Virus record (IMG/VR): IMGVR_UViG_2974707348_000001
Location: 59,024-123,023 of that record
Source of the DNA: a virus
Lineage: Duplodnaviria; Caudoviricetes
Length of the DNA stretch: 64,000 nt
Direction: 5' to 3' (one strand)
This document shows positions 57,980 through 64,000 of the stretch, piece after piece. A program made the translations under genes and the position numbers. The notes under the pieces were generated by a model. It saw nothing but the letters and a program-made list of their open reading frames with translations, was not told where the DNA came from and did no database searches. Numbering within the stretch: the stretch's first letter is position 1; the number at the start of each line of letters is the position of its first letter.

Positions 57980-59008
57980 TTAATTCTCCTCGTCATCAGC
58001 TACAATCTCAGGTTCTCCTTCTGACGTATCATGGACACTAAAATCAATATCTTCTGACTTGATGTCTTCTCTCCAAGTATGGTCAACTTCAACATCTACT
58101 GGTTGGTCAGTAAATCTTTGTGCCCATTGTTTGTATCGCATCAACATAAGGTCAATATCATCAGGATTTGTTTTAACGAGATTTGGTGGAATAAAACCTG
58201 AGTCACGTTCAATCTGAGCAACGATTTGACCAAAGCTTGTAACACCTGTTTTCTCTAAACTATCCTTCTCATCAATAGGTTGGAATCCAGAAACTTTTAA
58301 TTTGTTCTGGAATGATTTGTCTAGTTTGTCATAATCACTAATGTTATCATCACTCAAAGCCCTTTGTTTCTTAACAGACAAAACAGACAACTCATACAAG
58401 AGATTAATAGCGCTTGTATTTTCAATAGTGAAATCATTTTTCATGTCAACGAAATATTTCTCTAATTCAAGTATTTCATCATCATCAAAACTTGAATCTT
58501 TCCTGAGCCACTTTTTACGCAACTCATCAGTCAACATAATTTTTTTACCATTGTTAGCTAAGATAAAAACTGTTCCGTCTTCTTGTGAATCAAAGAGTTT
58601 GTCAAGGTCTTTAGATTCTTTTTCAGTAGCACGTTCTTCTTTATTGAAGGCTAAGTATTCATCCTCTAATTTAAATTTGTTGTCTTTCTTAACTTCTAAA
58701 GTCAACTCTGAGTCGTTGTATGAAAGCTTTTTATATCTTACTTGATTCATAATCTTAAGATATTCTAAGATTGTTTCTCCTTTGCGTTTAATAGCAGAAG
58801 CCCAAGGGGTCTTCATAAGAGGAACATCAACTTCATATAGTAACTTGGCAACATCAACACTAAGGTCATTGCCGACAACGCTTACAATACATTCTTTACA
58901 GAGGTGATAATATCCATCAGGAAATCTAACATTACTTTTTGTTTGATAGAAATTCTTTAAAGGTTTTTCTATTTTACAATTGAAACATTTTTTAGTATCA
59001 GCAATCAT
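57980..59008 (-). CDS. Zn-finger protein upstream of terL (putative terminase small subunit)
   Basis: CFNC...CKEC, KW and SFGQ motifs; synteny. Confidence 0.55.
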   Translation of the reverse strand: MIADTKKCFNCKIEKPLKNFYQTKSNVRFPDGYYHLCKECIVSVVGNDLSVDVAKLLYEVDVPLMKTPWASAIKRKGETILEYLKIMNQVRYKKLSYNDSELTLEVKKDNKFKLEDEYLAFNKEERATEKESKDLDKLFDSQEDGTVFILANNGKKIMLTDELRKKWLRKDSSFDDDEILELEKYFVDMKNDFTIENTSAINLLYELSVLSVKKQRALSDDNISDYDKLDKSFQNKLKVSGFQPIDEKDSLEKTGVTSFGQIVAQIERDSGFIPPNLVKTNPDDIDLMLMRYKQWAQRFTDQPVDVEVDHTWREDIKSEDIDFSVHDTSEGEPEIVADDEEN

Positions 59009-59109
59009 TAAAAATCCTTTCTAAAATATAATTACCCTCTCATAGTATAAACCTTTTGAGAGGGAAATCAACGTGTTTTTTAATTTTTTTTTTTTAACAA
59101 ATTAGTTTG

Positions 59110-60357
59110 TTATTTTTCTCGAATGTGCTCTAAATCAATATTTATTGGTTGTGCACCATGTTCATCAACTAAGATTATCATTTGAGAACCATTAGTATAA
59201 AAGCCTAGGTTGCGAGAGTAATCATTGCTAAAATTAAGACTTCCACTTGTAAATACTTTACGACCATGATTTTCTGTCTCCACTCGGAAGTTGTGAATAT
59301 GACCTGTGAGAACATACGAAATCTTTTTATCAAGTGCACTAGAGTATCGAGTAAGCTTTGTAATTCCTTGTTTAGAGAGGTCTCCGTGTTCCGCTAAGAA
59401 AGTGTATCCCTTAACTGTAAACGTTCCATGAGTATGTTCATATCCAGATAGGTCATAGTTCAAGTTAGGATTGTCAATGCTATCAATCAATGTTGTTAAC
59501 ATATTTGTAGCCATTTTAGAATATGAATCTCCATTAAGATTTTCACCCTTTTCTCCTAAACGAGAATGATTACCCATTATATTACCAACATAAGTCACTT
59601 TAAACTCTGCTGATAGTTTTGTCATATACTCAAAAATCCATTTAACATATGTGGTAAACTGGTCTGAATTATGACCCCATGTTGTAGCTGTTGACGTTGG
59701 TTTATGCAATAGGGAATTTTCAATTTCATCTCCAAGGTCAAGAATTGTTACATGTTGAACATTAAACAATTTGTAATACTTGATTGTTTCTTGAAGAAGA
59801 TAATCAAGTCTCATTTTCTGAGTTTCTTTCCCCATATCGTCAGTTGCGTTCAAACCAATATGTAAATCTGACAAAACTGATACTGCTTCCGTACCAGAGA
59901 TTTCTGGTGTTGGAAGTGGTTTAATATTAGGAACATCAATTGAAATGTTAGAGATTGCTTCTACAATTTCTTCGTGAATAACAAGATTATCTGTCACATC
60001 ACGTTTCATTTTGTTTAAAAGTTGTCTTTCTCTTGCAAGTTGTCGTTTAGCCATATAACTTTCGCCAACTACACTCTTAAGAGATTCTAATTTTTTATCA
60101 GTAACAAAGTCAACATATTTTTGAGTACTTGGCAATAAACCACGTTTCTTTTGTTCTGATTTTATAACCTGACGATATTCTTCTGAATTTTCAGAGTTGT
60201 AGAAACCCTCACTCTCCATGAGTTTTTTATGTTCTTTCCAACTACAACGTTGAGAAGGACTAGCATTTTGAAGTTCTATTTTAATTCGGATAGAAGCCTC
60301 AATGTGTTCTTCTGAAAGTTCTACTATTTCGCCTTTTCTATTCTCGTATTTTCTCAT
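59110..60357 (-). CDS. Calcineurin-like metallophosphoesterase (SPbeta YonJ-like)
   Basis: SDLHIG, LGD, GNH, HGD and GHIH motifs. Confidence 0.85.
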   Translation of the reverse strand: MRKYENRKGEIVELSEEHIEASIRIKIELQNASPSQRCSWKEHKKLMESEGFYNSENSEEYRQVIKSEQKKRGLLPSTQKYVDFVTDKKLESLKSVVGESYMAKRQLARERQLLNKMKRDVTDNLVIHEEIVEAISNISIDVPNIKPLPTPEISGTEAVSVLSDLHIGLNATDDMGKETQKMRLDYLLQETIKYYKLFNVQHVTILDLGDEIENSLLHKPTSTATTWGHNSDQFTTYVKWIFEYMTKLSAEFKVTYVGNIMGNHSRLGEKGENLNGDSYSKMATNMLTTLIDSIDNPNLNYDLSGYEHTHGTFTVKGYTFLAEHGDLSKQGITKLTRYSSALDKKISYVLTGHIHNFRVETENHGRKVFTSGSLNFSNDYSRNLGFYTNGSQMIILVDEHGAQPINIDLEHIREK

Positions 60358-60365
60358 TATTTCTG

Positions 60366-61679
60366 TTAACCCTCGTCTAATAAATTTGCCATTTGAGCAA
60401 CTGCTGAACGTTCTGTTTTGTCCAGAGTTACTTGTGCGTAAAGTTCTTGACCAGCAAGCTTTCGCAATGCGTTCACACCATTATTGTATTTAAATTTATC
60501 GCTATCGGTTTGTTCACTATCTCCGTTGAACCAGATTTGAGAACCATCGGATACACGACTTAGTAACAATTGAATATGTTCACGTGTGTTGGATTGTACT
60601 TCTGTCACATAAATGATTGCGTTTTTGATATCACGACCACGAATGAAACCTAAATGTTGTACTTCAATTTTTCCTTGAAGCATCAATTCGTCTAAAATAG
60701 CTTCGTCTCCACCTAGGTGGTCAACCATTGGCATTAAGAATGGTTTTAGTTTTTCCTCAAGACTATTCGGTAAGAATCCAATTGGATTAGAATCTTTGAC
60801 TTCCACATTGTTACGAACCCAAATCAGTTTGTCAATTGGACTTGCCTCATCCATTACTAACGAAAGGGCTTGACCCAACATTAGGTAATCTTTGCCAGCA
60901 CCAAATGTCCCAAAGAGTGCCTTAACTTTAGTCTCAGGGTCTTTAAGCATATCGACTGCACAACGCTGACGAACGTTACGTGGTTTAATATTCTCTTGAT
61001 ACCCCTTAATCACAGGTGTTCCAATTCGCTGAAATCCGTCTTTAGAGCTATATTTAAATAATCCAACGTCTTTGTATCCAACATGTTCACCTTTGCTGTT
61101 ATATGTCTCCTGTGCTTTGTCAAGAAAAACAATGTATTCATTCTCTTCAAATGGTGTATCTTTTGGTACAGTATAATCTTTATTGGCTGTTGATTTATAA
61201 ATCTCTGTCTCAATGTGGTCTAGTAACAGTTCTCCACTACCACTATTTTCATCATTTATGAAGATATTTCTAACCCCTTCATAAATAGTTTTATCTTTCT
61301 CACCGAGGCTAGGAATTATAACTGGAATACCCAACCCTGTTGCCTTAAGATACATTAGAACATCATTTGTGATGATTCCATATCCTTTTTCTTTTGCAAA
61401 TGAGATAATTGCATTGTCAGCATAGCTATCTGTATACTCTGTTGTATTTTTGACAGATGTAATATCAAAGATATCGCCATTATTTTCTTTTACATAATTC
61501 AATAAGATTCGTTTAACATTCCGAATACCATACTGTAATACTTGGTTTGACTTTTTGAGTTCTAGGTCTTCAATTTCTTTGAGAACAATACTTGGAATGA
61601 CAACATCATATTTATCAAGCAAGTTTGGGTTATCAATTACAGCATTAGTGTCAATAACGTATTTAATCTTTTTGTCCAT
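60366..61679 (-). CDS. phoH: PIN-PhoH protein
   Basis: PIN motifs VIDTNA, E, D and TND; PhoH motifs PRNxxQ, GxxGAGK, IGFLP, IRGR, E-x-Q and GDxxQ. Confidence 0.88.
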   Translation of the reverse strand: MDKKIKYVIDTNAVIDNPNLLDKYDVVIPSIVLKEIEDLELKKSNQVLQYGIRNVKRILLNYVKENNGDIFDITSVKNTTEYTDSYADNAIISFAKEKGYGIITNDVLMYLKATGLGIPVIIPSLGEKDKTIYEGVRNIFINDENSGSGELLLDHIETEIYKSTANKDYTVPKDTPFEENEYIVFLDKAQETYNSKGEHVGYKDVGLFKYSSKDGFQRIGTPVIKGYQENIKPRNVRQRCAVDMLKDPETKVKALFGTFGAGKDYLMLGQALSLVMDEASPIDKLIWVRNNVEVKDSNPIGFLPNSLEEKLKPFLMPMVDHLGGDEAILDELMLQGKIEVQHLGFIRGRDIKNAIIYVTEVQSNTREHIQLLLSRVSDGSQIWFNGDSEQTDSDKFKYNNGVNALRKLAGQELYAQVTLDKTERSAVAQMANLLDEG

Positions 61680-62031
61680 ATTCATCCTCAAATTTTTCTA
61701 TTTCAGCAATAAGTTCTAAATCTTCTTTACGTTGCTTTACATTACGCTTGAATTTGTCAGCAGGCTTATATTGAATGCGATAATAGTCGTCAAATACCTT
61801 ACTCTCTCTGGCTGTTACATCATAAAAGCTAAATCCTTTAATTAATTTTGTCTTTAGTACCATGACATTCTTCCAGCGGAACTCTCCTGTCTCACGCAAC
61901 TTTGTTGACATATGTCTTTCAAAAGCACTAATCACAGCCTTAACATCTTTCTGTGTTATTCCTAACTCTCGAAGTTCATCATCTTCCCAAATTTCCTGAG
62001 ACAACGTTCTATAGTAATTTTTTTTACTCAT
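61663..62031 (-). CDS. HU/IHF-like DNA-binding protein
   Basis: GITQKDVKAVI..L..GE..W..L....IxYKP..FK pattern. Confidence 0.65.
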   Translation of the reverse strand: MSKKNYYRTLSQEIWEDDELRELGITQKDVKAVISAFERHMSTKLRETGEFRWKNVMVLKTKLIKGFSFYDVTARESKVFDDYYRIQYKPADKFKRNVKQRKEDLELIAEIEKFEDEYGQKD

Positions 62032-62291
62032 AACACGTCATCCTCTACAATCATAAGTTTTGTGATAGGTTTATTCTTTTCGTCTAGGAATACGAAATTG
62101 AGATTATCTCTGTTAATGAAGACTTTGACAATGCTCATTTCTGATTCATTTGTGAAGTCTTCTGTGTTCTTGTAAGAATTAAACACTCGATATTCTTCAA
62201 CTAGAGGACTAATCTTAAAGTGAATACCTCTTACTGTAAAAATGTTATCTGCATCAACAATACATTCTTCTAAAAATTTTAAATTATTCAA
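62028..62291 (-). CDS. Hypothetical protein
   Basis: ATGA-coupled ORF. Confidence 0.6.
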   Translation of the reverse strand: MNNLKFLEECIVDADNIFTVRGIHFKISPLVEEYRVFNSYKNTEDFTNESEMSIVKVFINRDNLNFVFLDEKNKPITKLMIVEDDVL

Positions 62292-62620
62292 TCTTCTAAA
62301 CTATCCTCGATTCCATATTTTATTAATTCCTCCATAGACAAATCTGTAAAAGGAATATTGTTTTTGTCGTATCCATTCATTTTGATACTTTTCTTTCTAT
62401 GTATAATTGAATTATCCCCTCGTTTGTCTTCTTTATCTATGAACCAAATAATATAATTTGAGCATCCATTTAAGAAGAACTTAACCTGAGAACTATCCAT
62501 ATTATCCATGATTATTTCATCGTGTTTTGAAATTAACTCGTCTACCAGCGTGAGTCTTTGCTTGAGACTATCGAAATCTGGCAATTTAATTTCTTCACCA
62601 CTAGGTAATTTTAATTTCAT
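62288..62620 (-). CDS. Hypothetical protein
   Basis: Coupled ORF in the late operon leader. Confidence 0.65.
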   Translation of the reverse strand: MKLKLPSGEEIKLPDFDSLKQRLTLVDELISKHDEIIMDNMDSSQVKFFLNGCSNYIIWFIDKEDKRGDNSIIHRKKSIKMNGYDKNNIPFTDLSMEELIKYGIEDSLED

Positions 62621-63005
62621 TGTTTTCTCTTTTATCCTTTACTGCAACAGAATTTATTTTAAAGGTTATTCTTCGAACTCGGTCAAAGATAGCTTCATTT
62701 TTTATTTTTAACTCTGTAGCTATTTCTTTTATACTGTATCCCTCGAAAAGCATATGAATTAACTTAGTGTTTTTATTGTTGAAGTTGCAAACCTCAATAT
62801 ATTTATCTAATTTAGAATAGATATTTTCAACATACTCAACAAGCTCTATATTAAATTCCCTGTTTTCGAAAGATAGAAACTTTGAACGTTGTTGATATGT
62901 TACTACTTCAATAATTGTTTGTTTGTTCAAGATAACATTACGAACAACATCATAATTAGTGAAATCAATGTCGTGTTCTAAAAAATCATTAATTCCTGTG
63001 TTTAT
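62601..63005 (-). CDS. Sigma-region-4/LuxR-like HTH protein, probably starting at ATA
   Basis: EGYSIKEIATELKI...I..RVRRI; GAGGA RBS 7 nt before ATA 63005. Confidence 0.6.
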   Translation of the reverse strand: MNTGINDFLEHDIDFTNYDVVRNVILNKQTIIEVVTYQQRSKFLSFENREFNIELVEYVENIYSKLDKYIEVCNFNNKNTKLIHMLFEGYSIKEIATELKIKNEAIFDRVRRITFKINSVAVKDKRENNEIKIT

Positions 63006-63039
63006 TTTTACGTCCTCTTTTCTAATCAGTATACTATAT

Positions 63040-63068
63040 ATTATACCATTTTTAACCAAAAAAGTCAA
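63040..63068 (-). promoter_or_regulatory. Promoter at the head of the leftward (structural) arm
   Basis: TTGACT, 17 bp, TG-G-TATAAT on the - strand. Confidence 0.8.
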
Positions 63069-63306
63069 GTATAATATTGTACTTTTTTATAGTTTTCTAC
63101 TATAATATAAGCAAGTTTTCAAAGCTTGAAAAGCTGTGAGCTATCGCTCACTTGGGCGCTTTTCTGGCGCTTTCTACTCATGGAACAGTCCGAGCCTGTT
63201 CCATTTCGTAGGACGGTTATTGTTAGTTTTTAAATTATTTTAAAAGGAACTTAGTTCTTTTGTTATTTATTCTAAAAAAAAAAAATAATAAATGTATAAT
63301 TTATAC

Positions 63307-63335
63307 TTGACATTTAAAAAATATTATGGTATAAT
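63307..63335 (+). promoter_or_regulatory. Consensus promoter with no downstream + strand ORF
   Basis: TTGACA, 17 bp, TG-G-TATAAT. Confidence 0.8.
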
Positions 63336-63341
63336 TATATA

Positions 63342-63931
63342 TATAAAAAAATAATATAAAAACAAACTAGGATAACGGTGGTCTCCGTTGTAAAATAAAA
63401 CTTGATGAGGATAACGGTGGTCTCCGTTGTAAAATAAAACTTGATGAGGATAACGGTGGTCTCCGTTGTAAAATAAACTATAAAACAGGATAATGGTGGT
63501 CTCCATAATCTTACTCGGCTCAGTGAGAGTGTGTAAGCTGTTAAGTACAAGCAGAAAAAGACAAAGTACTATCCTTTTTCTTGAACGAGCTCGGCTCGTG
63601 AAAGGAAAAGACGACGCCAGAAAAGCGCCCAAGGGCTTTAGCCCAGCTTTTCAAGTCGCAAAGAAATAAAATTGAATATGTTGTATTCTTACCTGATGAT
63701 TACAACAGTATGTATATGAAATTCGGCTGAGTAAGTATCGAAAAGTAATGAGTTAGGGAGAATAACATCTATTTGTCTTTTTAAGTTGTAATGTAAGTTG
63801 CTGTAACCACGTAAGCAGAACGTCCCCTGCATTACGGAAAAAGTTATTCCACCGTTAATCGAAGGTGTCAGGCATGAAGTCGATTTGAGTATATAGGATA
63901 GATACGAGAGAGGTCTATTATTCTTATATAC
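63342..63931 (+). ncRNA. Candidate large structured non-coding RNA (boundaries uncertain)
   Basis: Perfect promoter, no ORF, several hairpins and two crossing 11-bp long-range complementarities. Confidence 0.4.
63369..63510 (+). repeat. Four tandem 39-40 bp hairpin repeats
   Basis: Unit AGGATAACGGTGGTCTCCGTTGTAAAATAAAACTTGATG at 63369, 63408 and 63447 (3' end diverged); variant partial copy at 63487. Confidence 0.95.
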
Positions 63932-64000
63932 AATAGGGGGGGGGAAGACCGTTTTCCAACTTTCAAAATTACACCCCCGAAAGGTCCGTTTTTTCAAAAC

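Larger units (their letters stand above)
63125..63655. repeat. Pair of inverted ~100-bp hairpin elements enclosing an AT-rich region and repeat array (candidate origin)
   Basis: 63125-63136 is the reverse complement of 63644-63655 (12 bp); 63151-63169 is the reverse complement of 63615-63633 (19 bp). Confidence 0.85.

Noticed and set aside
25950-62711. Numerous + strand ORFs within the structural arm, and other antisense or alternate-frame ORFs in the track
   Set aside because: They are shadows of long genuine genes, lacking RBSs and recognisable motifs.
63380-63503. Four GGTCTC (BsaI/Eco31I-type) sites as restriction decoys or a cloning scar
   Set aside because: They are simply part of the repeated unit; there is no other sign of engineered sequence.
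63369-63510. CRISPR array
   Set aside because: Repeats are contiguous with essentially identical linkers, no unique spacers, and no cas genes in the window.
63693-63800. Hammerhead ribozyme (CTGATGA core at 63693)
   Set aside because: A stem II candidate exists (TTACAAC/GTTGTAA) but it is not followed by the required GAAA.
63324-63997. Minus-strand ORFs 63324-63632, 63335-63550 and 63689-63997
   Set aside because: The first two stay open largely because the 39-bp unit is a multiple of three; none has a convincing RBS or protein-like composition.
63529-64000. Group II intron (GTGTG at 63529 and domain-I-like kissing loop)
   Set aside because: No domain V, no reverse transcriptase ORF and no interrupted gene visible in the window; kept only as a comparison for the ncRNA candidate.
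1-64000. tRNA or rRNA genes
   Set aside because: No cloverleaf or T-loop motifs noticed in the intergenic spaces by eye; tRNAscan-SE would be needed to exclude them.

Overview
AT-rich segment of a large, long-tailed siphophage of a low-GC Gram-positive host. Gene content and order follow the Bacillus SPbeta-like layout; the most likely source is a lactococcal 949-group phage (inference). Left arm (1-23889, + strand): nucleotide metabolism and replication genes, including nrdG, nrdH-nrdI-nrdE, nrdF, trxB, gmk, dut and a DnaE-type polymerase. This arm is heavily colonised by selfish elements: two group I introns in nrdE (one with an HNH ORF), one ORF-less group I intron in nrdF that appears to end in A instead of the canonical omega-G, a LAGLIDADG intein in dnaE, and three free-standing endonucleases. 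Right arm (23905-63005, - strand): a complete morphogenesis operon with terminase, portal, capsid, tail, a 3277-aa tape measure, Dit, a Tal/receptor-binding protein and a holin, plus a tyrosine recombinase, RuvC, PIN-PhoH, a phosphoesterase and an HU-like protein. The last ~900 bp are non-coding and strongly structured. Two inverted copies of a ~100-bp hairpin element flank an AT-rich stretch, a perfect promoter and four 39-bp hairpin repeats, followed by long-range complementary segments and a G9 tract; this is a candidate origin and/or large ncRNA. All calls come from manual reading of the sequence; no database searches were run.
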